DNA of 64,000 nucleotides, taken from the NCBI GenBank assembly GCA_963666345.1, contig OY762721.1, positions 1,632,001 through 1,696,000 of the forward strand, in the 5' to 3' direction. This DNA comes from Desulfatiglandales bacterium. Lineage in GTDB: Bacteria > Desulfobacterota > DSM-4660 > Desulfatiglandales > Desulfatiglandaceae. Both the position numbers and the translations under genes were made by a program. The notes under the pieces are model-generated. The model searched no databases. It was given only the letters and a program-made list of their open reading frames with translations, and was not told the DNA's origin. Of the stretch, positions 8,443 through 18,725 are shown piece by piece; the first letter of the stretch is position 1; the number at the start of each line of letters is the position of its first letter.

Positions 8443-9968
8443 TCCAGCCCCCCATCGTCAATCTCTTCCGGTATTTCTACTAAAATCCGGGTTCCATGCC
8501 CCTTACGTGACGTAATACGCAGGTTTCCCCCTATTATATTAGCCCTTTCCTGCATGCCTATAAGACCGATACTGCCATCCTGCTGATCCGTTAGCGCCTT
8601 ATGTATATCAAAGCCTTTCCCGTCGTCTTTAATAGAAAATGTAATGGACCCCTGCTTTCGTTCAATACGGAGGATCACCTGTTTTGCGTCCGCGTGTTTA
8701 ATGATGTTATTTAAGGCTTCCTGGAAAATCCTGAAAATAACCGTTTCAATTTCCTGACCCAGCCTCTCATCCATATCTATAATTTCAAGTTTGATTTCCA
8801 ATTCTGCCCTTCTGCCTTCTTTGCTGATGTGCCATCGCAATGTCGGTATCAGACCGATGTCGTCCAACATGGAAGGGCGCAAGGCAAGACACAATTCACT
8901 TAGCTGATCCACCGATTTCAAGGCAATAGACTTTATATCCGCCAATCGATTTCCTATTTTGGGATCAAGGTCTGAGGGAAGTGCTTCTTCGATTTGATCT
9001 ATGGTGAGCCCGATCGCTGTTAAAGACTGTCCCATCTCATCATGCAGTTCCAGAGAAATTCGCTTTCTTTCTTCTTCCTGGGCTTTAATAAGTTGGGAAG
9101 AAAGATACTGTAATTTTTTTTTGGATTTCTTTAATTCTTCCTCCGCTTTCTTTCTCTCTGTAATACTTCTTGAAATTATTGTTACGGCGCTGATTTTTCC
9201 ATCCGGTCCTTTTACAGGGTTCAAGGATCGGAGGTAATACTCTCCGTCTCTTTCGCTTTCGTAATCGTATGATAGTAATCTGCCGGTATCGAAAACCGCT
9301 TTTATTTTGTTTGCAAAGTCCCGGGTCTCATTTTCAGAGTGAAACTCTGCGTAATTTCTGCCGATGATTTCTCCCGCTTCCTTACCATACCGCAACAGAT
9401 GACTTTGGTTCATGAACAGATAGGTGAGATCTTCACCTATCAGGTATATGGAATCACCGGTAGACTCCACAAGAGACAGGTATTTTTCTCCATTCTTCTG
9501 CAAAGCCTCTTCGGCCTTCTTGCGTTTGGTGACATCAATCCAGCTTACGAGATGTTGCCGGAATTCATCATTAAGGAATACCGGCTCCGATGATATCTCA
9601 ACCCAGAAAAGCTCCCCTGTCTTCTTTTTGAACACCTCTTCGACCTGCCTTGCTCCTTGATGAATGACTTTTCCAAAATCTTTCCGGGTTTTATGAAACG
9701 TCTCTTCGGTCCACCATGGGTAAGGGGCTTTTAGTCCAAGAAGCCTTTTTTCGGAAAATCCTGTCAGTTCTGTCAATGCCGGGTTCACATATTCTATGGA
9801 AGTGTCGGTATTTATGACCAGGAAAGGATTCGGAATATAATCTAACAGACTCTTGCTGAATTGCTTGCCCTCATTTTGGGCCTCTATAACTCGCTCATGC
9901 TCAAGGGCTTCCTGTTCGAGGCTGTTAACCCTATGTTCCAGTTCTTCATAAGTTGGCCTTCGATCCAT
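8430..9968 (-). CDS. Cytoplasmic two-PAS sensor kinase, HisKA_3 type
   Basis: Two PAS/PAC domains, EEERKRISLELHDEMGQ, QEALNNIIKHA, DDGKGF, GLIGMQER. Confidence 0.93.
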   Translation of the reverse strand: MDRRPTYEELEHRVNSLEQEALEHERVIEAQNEGKQFSKSLLDYIPNPFLVINTDTSIEYVNPALTELTGFSEKRLLGLKAPYPWWTEETFHKTRKDFGKVIHQGARQVEEVFKKKTGELFWVEISSEPVFLNDEFRQHLVSWIDVTKRKKAEEALQKNGEKYLSLVESTGDSIYLIGEDLTYLFMNQSHLLRYGKEAGEIIGRNYAEFHSENETRDFANKIKAVFDTGRLLSYDYESERDGEYYLRSLNPVKGPDGKISAVTIISRSITERKKAEEELKKSKKKLQYLSSQLIKAQEEERKRISLELHDEMGQSLTAIGLTIDQIEEALPSDLDPKIGNRLADIKSIALKSVDQLSELCLALRPSMLDDIGLIPTLRWHISKEGRRAELEIKLEIIDMDERLGQEIETVIFRIFQEALNNIIKHADAKQVILRIERKQGSITFSIKDDGKGFDIHKALTDQQDGSIGLIGMQERANIIGGNLRITSRKGHGTRILVEIPEEIDDGGLEWKR

Positions 9969-10039
9969 CTAAATATCCTCCCCCAATGCCTGAAACCAAA
10001 GATGCCTGCCTTCTAAAAAGAAAAAGCTCTCATACTAAT

Positions 10040-10130
10040 AAGGTCGCTTGGTGCCTTGTTACCTTAAAAGGCTCAAACTGATTTGGGATCTATGCTTTTC
10101 GATCCAACCTTTCGGAGAGTTTGCACTTCA
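10040..10130 (-). promoter_or_regulatory. Possible degenerate c-di-GMP-I (GEMM) riboswitch-like sequence
   Basis: Minus strand GTGCAAAC-TCTCC-GAAA-GGTTGGATCG-AAAAGC resembles the GEMM core; stems are imperfect. Confidence 0.28.
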
Positions 10131-10542
10131 ACAAATGAATTGTCTATTTCTCAACTGTCGGCATCTTGATCAATAAATTGAAGAGCTTTAAGCTTCCCGC
10201 ATTGGGAATTAAGAGGGCTCTTAAATGCACGCTAAACAATATCGTGGGGGTTAGTTTGTTTCCCCAAAAAGCTTTGTTTGTCTAGCCAATGTTTTGATTT
10301 TATAATATTTTTATCAAGATTACTACATTTTTAGAAATTCAATAAGTTGTCTTAAAGCAATAACCATAAACTCATTTGGTCAAGCTTTTGATCTCTGTGC
10401 AGTTGCCACCTTGCATATTTTCTAATCTGGTTTTCATCAAGGCCTACGGTGCTCACACAAAATAGCCTTTTGACCGGAAGTGGCGACCCCAGTAACGTTT
10501 TTTTAGTTCATGATGTAAATCGAATATTAAAGGAGGCTAATC

Positions 10543-10800
10543 ATGTTTAAGGACTTTATGTCTAAGAAGTCGCTACTGTTTGTTGCGGCCGATTTCTTTC
10601 TTAATGCGTGCATTTTTGCTGCAGAATCATATAAGATCGATGTTCTCGCCAGGCTCGGTCCGGTAAAAGCTCGGAAACAGTTGAAGCCGGAAAATCCGGC
10701 TCCAAAGACCGCCAAGGTGGTCGGCTGGACCGATACGCTCGATTACGGCCCGGTGGAAGAACTTCAAAAATCCCTGAAAGCGGGCGCCTACGCATCGTAA
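10543..10800 (+). pseudogene. Short ORF with signal-peptide-like start, probable internally deleted exported-protein remnant
   Basis: Strong AAGGAGG RBS, hydrophobic N-terminus, C-terminal DYGPVEELQKSLKAGAY; only 85 aa, in decayed island DNA. Confidence 0.35.
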
Positions 10801-10914
10801 TAACTTAAATCGTATTCCCCCTGCCCCTTTTTCTCCGGAGCAGGACCGTGGAGGGGGAAAGGAGTTGCAACGATGAAACGATTCTACCGAGCAAGTCTCC
10901 GTCAAAAACTACCA

Positions 10915-11274
10915 TGACCCCAACATCCAAAATCCTTGAAAAGGACGTAGTTAACGAAATCATTTTTAGGACCCCAAATTCGAGAAAACAGGATCAAGCC
11001 TGATGATAGAATTTTCCCGATAACCTGTGCTGCCGCCAGACTGATCGTGAAAAAGGCAGGGGAGATAGTCGGCGTTCATGTCAAACCGCACGATCTGCGC
11101 AGGCACGCTGCCACATATGCATCTCGATCCGGCACACCGCTTGAAATCGTATCAAAAGTGATGTTACGCCATTCGAATTCGACAACCACCCAGCGGTATC
11201 CGGGAAAAATCAGTAACGTTGAGGTGATGCATTGGATCGACAATCTTTATGGGACGCAAAGCTTTTTGTTTTAG
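10915..11274 (+). pseudogene. Tyrosine recombinase/integrase remnant
   Basis: Box II PHDLRRH...LRHSN...TTQRY retained; upstream KILEKDVVNEIIFRT fragment is out of frame and Box I Arg region absent; converges on the tRNA 3' end. Confidence 0.85.
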
Positions 11275-11384
11275 CTGACAAAAACGATATTCTTTTTCTG
11301 AGATTTTCATCAGCTTGCTGGTGTTGTATCCTATTGCATCCCTTGAAGTTGGAAATATGGCTGGAAAAACTGAAGCCCAAATAA

Positions 11385-11414
11385 AAGGGGTTGCGAAGAT
11401 AACCGCAACCCCTT
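11385..11414 (-). terminator. Hairpin downstream of tRNA-Glu
   Basis: AAGGGGTTGCG-aagataac-CGCAACCCCTT 11-bp stem followed by T-rich tract on the minus strand. Confidence 0.7.
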
Positions 11415-11422
11415 GATATCTC

Positions 11423-11498
11423 TGGTAGTCCCAACGGGACTCGAACCCGTGTCACCGGCGTGAGAGGCCGGCATCCTAGACCGCTAGACGATGGGACC
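11423..11498 (-). tRNA. tRNA-Glu(CTC)
   Basis: GGTCCCA...CCGGC-CT CTC AC-GCCGG...GGTTCGAGTCC...ACCA cloverleaf with encoded CCA. Confidence 0.97.
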
Positions 11499-11507
11499 TG
11501 AAAAAAA

Positions 11508-11581
11508 TGGCTGGGGGACAAGGATTCGAACCTTGGTTAACGGGGCCAGAACCCGTCGTCCTGCCGCTGGACTATCCCCCA
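11508..11581 (-). tRNA. tRNA-Gln(CTG)
   Basis: TGGGGGA...ACGGG-TT CTG GC-CCCGT...GGTTCGAATCC...GCCA cloverleaf. Confidence 0.97.
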
Positions 11582-11645
11582 GCAAAACAAGTAATAGATA
11601 TCTATCCATTTTACAAAAAAAGTCAAGGGAAAACTGGCGGTAAGA

Positions 11646-12641
11646 TCATGAATCTCGAGATTCCGCCACCTTCCAGCACCTGACCAGATGCCCCTCACCA
11701 GCCGGATAAAAGGGGATTTCTTCTTTCATGCATCTTTTCTCCACCAGCGGGCATCTTGTCTGGAACTTGCAGCCGGGAGGGGGATCAAGGGGGCTGGGCA
11801 CCTCCCCTTCAAGGGATCCTTCAGCCAGGCCCTTTCCCGGCACCGGTTCAGGCACAGAGGCAAGAAGCGCCAGGGTATAAGGATGCAGAGGGTTTTCAAA
11901 AAGCTCCTCCGACGGCGCATACTCCACTATATGGCCCAGGTACATGACGGCTACCGCATCACTCAGATATCCCACCACATTCAGGTCATGGGATATAAAT
12001 AGATAGCTCAGGCCCAGACTGGACTGGAGATCGGCCAGAAGGTTTATGATCTGGGCCTGTATGGACACATCGAGCGCGGACACAGGTTCATCACAGATAA
12101 GGAGCGCTGGTTCCACGCTCAGGGCCCTTGCGACCCCCGCACGCTGGCGCTGGCCCCCGCTGAACTCGTGTGGATAGCGACCGGCCGTGTCAGGAGAAAG
12201 ACCCACCATTTCCAGAAGCTCCCCGACCCTTGCCTGCCTTTTATTTTTGGCCGTCCCGGTGGTTCTGAGCCCCTCCTCGATTGTTTGCCCGATGGTCATT
12301 CTCGGATTAAGCGACCCGTAGGGGTCCTGGAACACGATCTGGATCTCTTTTCTGTAGGGCCTGAGCTCTTTTTGAGAAAGTACTCCTATGTCGCTTCCCC
12401 TGTAAATTATCCGGCCCTGATCAGATTCAAGCAGCCTGAGGATCAGCTTTGCGACAGTGGTCTTTCCACAGCCGCTTTCACCCACAAGGCTCAGGGTCCG
12501 GCCTTTTTCTATATCAAAATCAACACCGTCGACCGCCTTGACAAGGCCTGAGACCCGTTTGAAAAAACCCCTTTTTACGGGAAAATATTTCTTAAGACCC
12601 CTTACGGTAAGGGCAGTGTCATATGTCTCAACATCTGTCAT
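11646..12641 (-). CDS. Oligopeptide/dipeptide ABC transporter ATP-binding protein (OppF/DppF-like)
   Basis: [38 protein letters not shown]; start uncertain (12641 or upstream). Confidence 0.93.
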   Translation of the reverse strand: MTDVETYDTALTVRGLKKYFPVKRGFFKRVSGLVKAVDGVDFDIEKGRTLSLVGESGCGKTTVAKLILRLLESDQGRIIYRGSDIGVLSQKELRPYRKEIQIVFQDPYGSLNPRMTIGQTIEEGLRTTGTAKNKRQARVGELLEMVGLSPDTAGRYPHEFSGGQRQRAGVARALSVEPALLICDEPVSALDVSIQAQIINLLADLQSSLGLSYLFISHDLNVVGYLSDAVAVMYLGHIVEYAPSEELFENPLHPYTLALLASVPEPVPGKGLAEGSLEGEVPSPLDPPPGCKFQTRCPLVEKRCMKEEIPFYPAGEGHLVRCWKVAESRDS

Positions 12642-12675
12642 TTTGTTATCCTTTTCAATGACGCATCCGCCATAC

Positions 12676-13653
12676 TCAACGGTCTTTCTCATAGAGCACC
12701 GGGCAGCGGCTCAGATGCCCTTCCCCGTAGTCGCACATCAGGGGAAAGTGCTCTTGGCAGGAATTTTGCGCAAAACCGCACCTGGGGTGAAACGGGCAGC
12801 CCGCGGGTTTGTAAGCCGGGTCGGGGACGCTTCCCGGGATGCTGTGAAGTCTTTCTCCCCTTTTTGAGCGAACCGGAAGGGAGGCAAGGAGTCCCCGCGT
12901 GTAGGGATGCGCAGGGCTGTTAAATATATGGGCTGTCAGACCCTGCTCCACTATTACCCCCGCGTACATGACATAGACCCTTTGAGCGATGTTTGCCACA
13001 ACGCCCAGGTCGTGGGTTATGTAGAGCACGGATCTTTCACCCTTTTCCTGAATGGAACCCAGAAGTCTGAGGATCTGGGCCTGTATGGTCACATCGAGTG
13101 CGGTAGTGGGCTCATCTGCTATGATCAGGTCGGGGTTGCACGCAAGGGCCATGGCTATCATCACGCGCTGCCTCTGCCCGCCGCTCATCTGATGGGGATA
13201 ATCATTGAGCCGCTCCCCTGCCGAAGGGACTCCCACATCCGTTAAAAGCTTTATGCACCTGTCTGTAAGCTCATCCGGCCCGACCCTTTCATGTATCAGT
13301 ATCGCTTCTTTTATCTGATCACCTATGGTAAATACCGGGTTGAGCGAGGTAAGAGGCTCCTGAAAGACCATGGCGATATGGTTGCCCCTTACCGCCCGCA
13401 TCTTCTCTTCATTCAGTTCAAGGAGATTTTCACCCTTGAAAAGGATTTTTCCGCCCGCGATTTCACCGGGCGGCTGATCAATGAGCCCCAGCACCGTCAG
13501 GGCGGTCACGGTCTTTCCGCACCCGCTCTCTCCCACCACGCAGACGGTCTCTCCCGGCATCACGTCATAGCTCACCCCGTCGACCGCGCGTGAGACCTTC
13601 CCGTCGCCCCGGAAATAGACCTTGAGGTCCTTTATGGATAAAAGTGGAGGCAT
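12676..13653 (-). CDS. Oligopeptide/dipeptide ABC transporter ATP-binding protein (OppD/DppD-like)
   Basis: [33 protein letters not shown]. Confidence 0.95.
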   Translation of the reverse strand: MPPLLSIKDLKVYFRGDGKVSRAVDGVSYDVMPGETVCVVGESGCGKTVTALTVLGLIDQPPGEIAGGKILFKGENLLELNEEKMRAVRGNHIAMVFQEPLTSLNPVFTIGDQIKEAILIHERVGPDELTDRCIKLLTDVGVPSAGERLNDYPHQMSGGQRQRVMIAMALACNPDLIIADEPTTALDVTIQAQILRLLGSIQEKGERSVLYITHDLGVVANIAQRVYVMYAGVIVEQGLTAHIFNSPAHPYTRGLLASLPVRSKRGERLHSIPGSVPDPAYKPAGCPFHPRCGFAQNSCQEHFPLMCDYGEGHLSRCPVLYEKDR

Positions 13654-13658
13654 ATGAA

Positions 13659-14196
13659 AAGTGCCTAAAGTTGGAATTTAATAAAGTGACTAAAGTTGTG
13701 GAGTCGCTTCGCTCCACTATTCTGTAATTAAGTCTGGTTCTTATTTTATGTTTTTAGCGATGGTTGAAAAAAGCGCCAGAAGCTCACAGCTTTCATCATA
13801 TTCGCTCAGTACACGATCCTTTGGCAGCCATTCCATCTGCATCAAAATTTCAAGCCAGTATTGGGTTTCGGCTGCCTCACCTTCGCAAATCCGGATCTTG
13901 TTTTTAAAATCCGCCCTGCTTCTTGCCCTGTTGCTTTCGCGGTAATTTGCCCCGATTGAAGTACCTGCCTTTGTAAGCTGGTTCCGCACAACCTTGCCTT
14001 CTGTTGTTTTGGGCAGCTGCGAAGAAAGCCTTATAATACGAACCGAAAAATCAAGGGTCCTCTTCTCAAGCCTCCGGGCAAATTCTCTGTTCTCTTCCAT
14101 CACGAATCACCCTGTTATGGGATAATTTATTTCAGTTCACTTTGAGCACCCTCATAACTTTAGTTCACTTTAGGCACTTATAACTTTAGCTCACTT
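13659..14196. mobile_element. Inverted-repeat-bounded cassette carrying a four-helix-bundle gene, inside the ABC operon
   Basis: AAGTGCCTAAAGT (13659-13671) is the exact reverse complement of ACTTTAGGCACTT (14167-14179); both arms are degenerate 8-9-mer arrays. Mobility is inferred. Confidence 0.6.
13741..14100 (-). CDS. Four-helix-bundle protein (TIGR02436 / 23S rRNA IVP family), intact
   Basis: LEKRTLDFSVRII...QLTKAGTSIGANYRESNRARSRADF...EAAETQYWLE family pattern. Confidence 0.92.
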   Translation of the reverse strand: MEENREFARRLEKRTLDFSVRIIRLSSQLPKTTEGKVVRNQLTKAGTSIGANYRESNRARSRADFKNKIRICEGEAAETQYWLEILMQMEWLPKDRVLSEYDESCELLALFSTIAKNIK

Positions 14197-14203
14197 CCCC
14201 CCC

Positions 14204-15340
14204 CTACCCTCTTTCCCTAAGCTTCGGATTGAGCGCGTCCCTCAGCCCCTCACCGAAAAGGTTGAAGCAGAGCACTACTATGAGGATCGCTATGCCTGGG
14301 ATAAAGGTAATCCATGGGGCGTCAAATATAAAGCGCTTGCCGTCGGACAGGATATTCCCCCATGTGGCATACGGAGGAGGCACCCCGAAGCCGAGAAAGC
14401 TCAGTCCCGCCTCCGTTAGTATGGCCGTGGCAATCCCGATAGTGGCCGATACGAGCACGGGGGCGATCGCGTTAGGCATCATGTGCCTGAAGATTATGCG
14501 GAAATCACCCACGCCCAGGGCCTTTGCGGCGGTGACGAAATCCTGCTCCCTTAAGGAGAGAAACTCGGCCCTAACAAACCTGGTGGTTCCCATCCAGCTT
14601 GTAAGCCCTATGACTATCATTATGTTGTAAATGCTTGCAGGCAGAAGGGCTACGACAGTGAGAATCAGGAAAAAACTGGGAAAGCAGAGCATGATGTCCA
14701 CAAGCCGCATGATAAGGTTGTCCACGGAAATACTGCCCAGCAAAAAAATATCACGACCCCTTGTGCCGTAAAGGAAGATAAGGCACAGAAACGCCCCTGA
14801 CAGAAACCAGAAAAAGCTCAGATAGGCCCCTGAAGCCGCCAGTACCGCGCCTGTCAGAACAAGTATGGCAAATAGTATCCGGATCATGCCGATCCTTTTT
14901 TCCCCGAACCAGCCTGCCACCCCCCCCAGAAAGATTCCAACCAGAACCGATATTCCGACCGCCACAAAACCTACGGTCAAAGAGACCCAGGCTCCCTGAA
15001 GCATCCTTGAAAAAACGTCCCTTCCAAGGTCATCCGTTCCGAAAAGATATATCCCGAGCCGCGGGACCTCATCCGGCCTGAGAGAGTCCAGGTTGGGACT
15101 TGAAAGAGGGGGCCGCAGTTTTTCCTGCAGCCTGACCTGGGCGGGGTCGAAGAACGGGTCCTGGCCCGAGGTAAGGAGAAGCCCGATAAGGGCGGTGAAA
15201 AAAAAGAGTATAAAGATGACAAGCCCGAACATGGCAAGACGGTTTTTCCTGAAGAGACGCCAGAAGATCTCGAGCCTCGTCTTCCGGGGCGCGTCCGGTG
15301 CTTCTACAAACATATCTGAAGATGCAAACTGTCTTTCCAT
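14204..15340 (-). CDS. Peptide ABC transporter permease (OppC/DppC-like)
   Basis: FGTDDLGRD, EAA-like FVTAAKALG, EAGLSFLGFG, GEGLRDALNP. Confidence 0.94.
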   Translation of the reverse strand: MERQFASSDMFVEAPDAPRKTRLEIFWRLFRKNRLAMFGLVIFILFFFTALIGLLLTSGQDPFFDPAQVRLQEKLRPPLSSPNLDSLRPDEVPRLGIYLFGTDDLGRDVFSRMLQGAWVSLTVGFVAVGISVLVGIFLGGVAGWFGEKRIGMIRILFAILVLTGAVLAASGAYLSFFWFLSGAFLCLIFLYGTRGRDIFLLGSISVDNLIMRLVDIMLCFPSFFLILTVVALLPASIYNIMIVIGLTSWMGTTRFVRAEFLSLREQDFVTAAKALGVGDFRIIFRHMMPNAIAPVLVSATIGIATAILTEAGLSFLGFGVPPPYATWGNILSDGKRFIFDAPWITFIPGIAILIVVLCFNLFGEGLRDALNPKLRERG

Positions 15341-15349
15341 ACCGGTCCT

Positions 15350-16309
15350 TTAGAGCCTGATCCTTGGATCGACCACCATATATAGGAGATCCGAGATAAA
15401 GGTGCCTGCAAGAACCAGCACCGCCGAGATAAAATTGACCGTGAGTATCACGGGATAATCCCTTGCCAGTATCGCCTCATATGCCATCCGACCCATACCG
15501 GGCCATGAAAAAATCGACTCTATGATAACGGATCCCCCTATGAGGCCCGGCAGGATGAGCCCGAACATGGTCACAAAGGGAAGCAGCGCGTTTCTCAAGG
15601 CATGCCTGTAATGTACCTGTTCAGGGGTAAGGCCCTTTGCCCTTGCCGTCCTGACATAATCCTGTCCCTCCACCTCCAGCATCTGACTTCTCACGTAGCG
15701 TGAAAGGACCGCTATTCCACCGGTTGCGCCGAGCACAGACGGAAGAAGGAGGTGCCATATCCTGTCCATTACCATCTGGACGGTTGAGACGGCGCCTGTT
15801 CCGAAGGTCTCCATGCCTATGACGGGAACGTGAAAGCGGGTCACCACAAGAATGATGAGTATGTAGGCGAAGAAAAATCCGGGGATCGATATAAGGAGAT
15901 AGGATATGAAGGTGGCGCTTCTGTCATACACTCCCCCCCGGCCTATGGCCGATCTTATGCCGACAGGGAAAGACAGGGTCCATGTCAGTATGGTTCCCAC
16001 TATAAAGAGAGGCAGGCTGTTAAGGAAGCGCTCCCATATCTTCATGAGCACGGACCGGTTGTCCCTCCAGGAGATCGTCTTACCGGTAAACAGGTCCTTG
16101 TAAAACAGCAGGTACTGGACATGAAGCGGTTCATCCAGGTGAAACTCGGCCCTGAAACGCTCCACCATCTCAGGGGTGAATTTGGGATTCATCGGGTCCA
16201 CCTGGCTGGGGGAACCGGGTGCCAGGTGAATGATCAGAAAGGATACGATCGACACGAAAAACAGTGTGATTACCTTTTGAATTATGCTTTTTCCGATAAA
16301 GGAGACCAT
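15350..16309 (-). CDS. Peptide ABC transporter permease (OppB/DppB-like)
   Basis: DYVRTARAKGL, HALRNA, ESIFSWPGMG, DPRI. Confidence 0.95.
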   Translation of the reverse strand: MVSFIGKSIIQKVITLFFVSIVSFLIIHLAPGSPSQVDPMNPKFTPEMVERFRAEFHLDEPLHVQYLLFYKDLFTGKTISWRDNRSVLMKIWERFLNSLPLFIVGTILTWTLSFPVGIRSAIGRGGVYDRSATFISYLLISIPGFFFAYILIILVVTRFHVPVIGMETFGTGAVSTVQMVMDRIWHLLLPSVLGATGGIAVLSRYVRSQMLEVEGQDYVRTARAKGLTPEQVHYRHALRNALLPFVTMFGLILPGLIGGSVIIESIFSWPGMGRMAYEAILARDYPVILTVNFISAVLVLAGTFISDLLYMVVDPRIRL

Positions 16310-16313
16310 GCAC

Positions 16314-18443
16314 TTATCCTTCCGCCTGAAACCGGGGCGCCTCCGGCAGCTTTATCCATTTGTTGAAATAGAAGGTGTAGCTGCCGGTCTTTGTGGGGGT
16401 AATCTTCCTGTAGACCGTATCCCCCTGCCGGTCCGAGTCTTTTATTACTATCCGCTTGTCCAGGACGGCCGTCCATTTGCCCACATAGAGAAATGTATAG
16501 GGCTGCTCACGCGCTATTATTTCATGGAGCCTGTTGCAGTACTGTTTCTGCCTTTTGTGGTCATACTCCTGCCTTATCTTTATTATAAGCTCGTCGGCCT
16601 CCCTGTCGCTGAAGCCCACGAAATTTAGCTGGTGCGGGTTTGTCTGGCTTGAGTGCCATATCTGGTAGAGATCAGGGTCTATTCCCATGACCCAGCCGAG
16701 CACCAGGGCGTCAAAATCGCCCTTATTGACCCGCTCCTGCAGGAACACGGACCACTCCAGAAGATCCGTGCGCACGTCTATTCCTATCTTCTTCCATGCG
16801 TCCTGGGCAATGGCCAGAATCGCCTTTCTCACGTCGTTTCCGCTGTTGGTAATGAGGGTGAACTGAAACCTCCTGCCATCCTTTTCAAGCCACCCCTCAC
16901 TGTTTTTCTTCCAGCCCGCCTCCTCCAGAAGTCTGAGTGCCGCATCCGGGTCATAGGGAAGGGCCTTGATATCCCTGTTGTAGAATTCCGTCTGTTTGGC
17001 AAAAGGGCCTGTGATCTTTTCGCCCTGACCGTACAGCACATAATCGATTATCTTGTTTACGTCTATTGCCATGCCCAGGGCCCTTCTTACCCTCGGATCA
17101 TCGAACGGCTTTCTCCTCATGTTGTAGCCTATGTAGCTGTAACCAAACGAGGTCCCTGAAAAGGACTGGAAACGCGCGTCTTCCCTGAGGCGCCTTACCT
17201 GGTGAGGCTGTACCCCGTAACTGTCGATGGTCCCGGCATAAAATTCCATCTCCTGGGTAAGCAGATCGGGAATGATCCTGTAGGTGTAACGCCTGTAATT
17301 CGCCGGGCCTTCCCAGTAGTCCTCAAAACGCTCAAGCATTATATACTGATCCGATTTCCACTGCCTGAAGACAAAAGGTCCGCAGCCCACAGGGTTTCTG
17401 CTGAATCCGCTCTGCCTCATGGTAAAGCTGCCGGGATCCTTGCCGAGGCTTAAGGCCTCTTTTCCGAGCGCCTCCCCGTTTAAAAGGTGCTCAGGAAGAA
17501 TGCCCATGCCCCACGTACCAAGGGCAGGGGAATAAAGCCTCTTGTAAACGATCCTGACGGTCATCGGATCTATGACCTCAACCGCCTTCACAGGTTCGTA
17601 ATCGGCTATCCTGGGGGAAAGATTTGCGGGGTTCACGATCGCTTCGTAGGTAAACTTCACGTCTGTCGCGTCAAAGGCTTCTCCGTCGTGGAATCTGACA
17701 CCCGGCCGCAGGTGAAAAATTATCACTGGGTTGTGTTCCGTGGCAGGAATAAGTCTCCGCGCATAGCTTGAAAGGGACGCCTCCGATCCAGTCTCACCGC
17801 TTACATAGACAGCCGCATCAAATGAGGAAAAATAATCCGTGCCGAGCACACGGGTGAGGTTTTCAAAAAGATCCTGGTCCACCCGGTCAAGCGTGAGTCT
17901 TATCCTGGAAGGCGCGTTTACCTCTACTGTGATATCCCTTTGTCCGCGCTCACTCCCCTGAGCGCCTTCCTTTATGGTGCGTGAAAACCGCCTGGGGGGA
18001 ATCACCTCGATCTCCTTTATATGTTCAAGGCTTTCCCTCAAGGAGGCATCCACGGCCCTGCCTTTCCCTGCATTCCTTATAAGATCAGCCACCTCATGGA
18101 CCCCGGCCGTACCAAGCCCGGGAATCCGGGCGGAACTGTTTACATAGAAATAGGCCTCCTCAAAAATCTCCCATGACCTGGCAAGACGGCCCCTGAAACG
18201 AAGATTCTCATCACGGTCAAGAAGCCCCTCAAAGACCATCGATTCTATCTCGCTGCTTGATGTGTCAGCCGAAAGGATCGGGTTCAGCATGCTGGCATCG
18301 CCTATGGACGCGGCAATGTACTCCCTGAGTCTTTCAGGATTTCCCCTTGTCTGCTGCTCGTAGGTGGGGACCCAGAAATAGGACTGCAGCAGAAAAAATA
18401 TAACCAGGGCCGGGGCAAAGATGAGGATTTTTTTTATGCTCAT
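16314..18443 (-). CDS. Peptide ABC transporter substrate-binding protein (family 5)
   Basis: LRPGVRFHDG...DVKFT, PVGCGPF, FDDPRVRRA; N-terminal membrane anchor; start at MSIKK (18443) or 18488. Confidence 0.92.
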   Translation of the reverse strand: MSIKKILIFAPALVIFFLLQSYFWVPTYEQQTRGNPERLREYIAASIGDASMLNPILSADTSSSEIESMVFEGLLDRDENLRFRGRLARSWEIFEEAYFYVNSSARIPGLGTAGVHEVADLIRNAGKGRAVDASLRESLEHIKEIEVIPPRRFSRTIKEGAQGSERGQRDITVEVNAPSRIRLTLDRVDQDLFENLTRVLGTDYFSSFDAAVYVSGETGSEASLSSYARRLIPATEHNPVIIFHLRPGVRFHDGEAFDATDVKFTYEAIVNPANLSPRIADYEPVKAVEVIDPMTVRIVYKRLYSPALGTWGMGILPEHLLNGEALGKEALSLGKDPGSFTMRQSGFSRNPVGCGPFVFRQWKSDQYIMLERFEDYWEGPANYRRYTYRIIPDLLTQEMEFYAGTIDSYGVQPHQVRRLREDARFQSFSGTSFGYSYIGYNMRRKPFDDPRVRRALGMAIDVNKIIDYVLYGQGEKITGPFAKQTEFYNRDIKALPYDPDAALRLLEEAGWKKNSEGWLEKDGRRFQFTLITNSGNDVRKAILAIAQDAWKKIGIDVRTDLLEWSVFLQERVNKGDFDALVLGWVMGIDPDLYQIWHSSQTNPHQLNFVGFSDREADELIIKIRQEYDHKRQKQYCNRLHEIIAREQPYTFLYVGKWTAVLDKRIVIKDSDRQGDTVYRKITPTKTGSYTFYFNKWIKLPEAPRFQAEG

Positions 18444-18530
18444 GGACTGAAGGCTCGGATAAATTGCAAGAAACCGGTTCCCAGACAATATAAGTAGATG
18501 TTTTTACAGCGTATTCGCTGTCATGCACCC

Positions 18531-18559
18531 ACGATAGGGAATAACTCACAATGAGTCAA
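18531..18559 (-). promoter_or_regulatory. Sigma70-type promoter for the ABC operon
   Basis: TTGACT-17 nt-TATCGT on the minus strand. Confidence 0.55.
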
Positions 18560-18725
18560 GTGAAAAACCTGCAACAGACGTTGCTGTTCGTTACTGGTTA
18601 CTCGTTACTGGTTATTGCGGGAAGATCTACCTTCTGACCGGTTTGAAGGACAGGCTGAAAAGGGTTAAGAGCAGGTAAATGTAATCGCTAATGGTTTTCA
18701 GCATCACTGTCTGAAGACAGGCGGA

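Noticed and set aside
11210..11521. 103-aa minus-strand ORF
   Set aside because: Overlaps the tRNA genes and their terminator.
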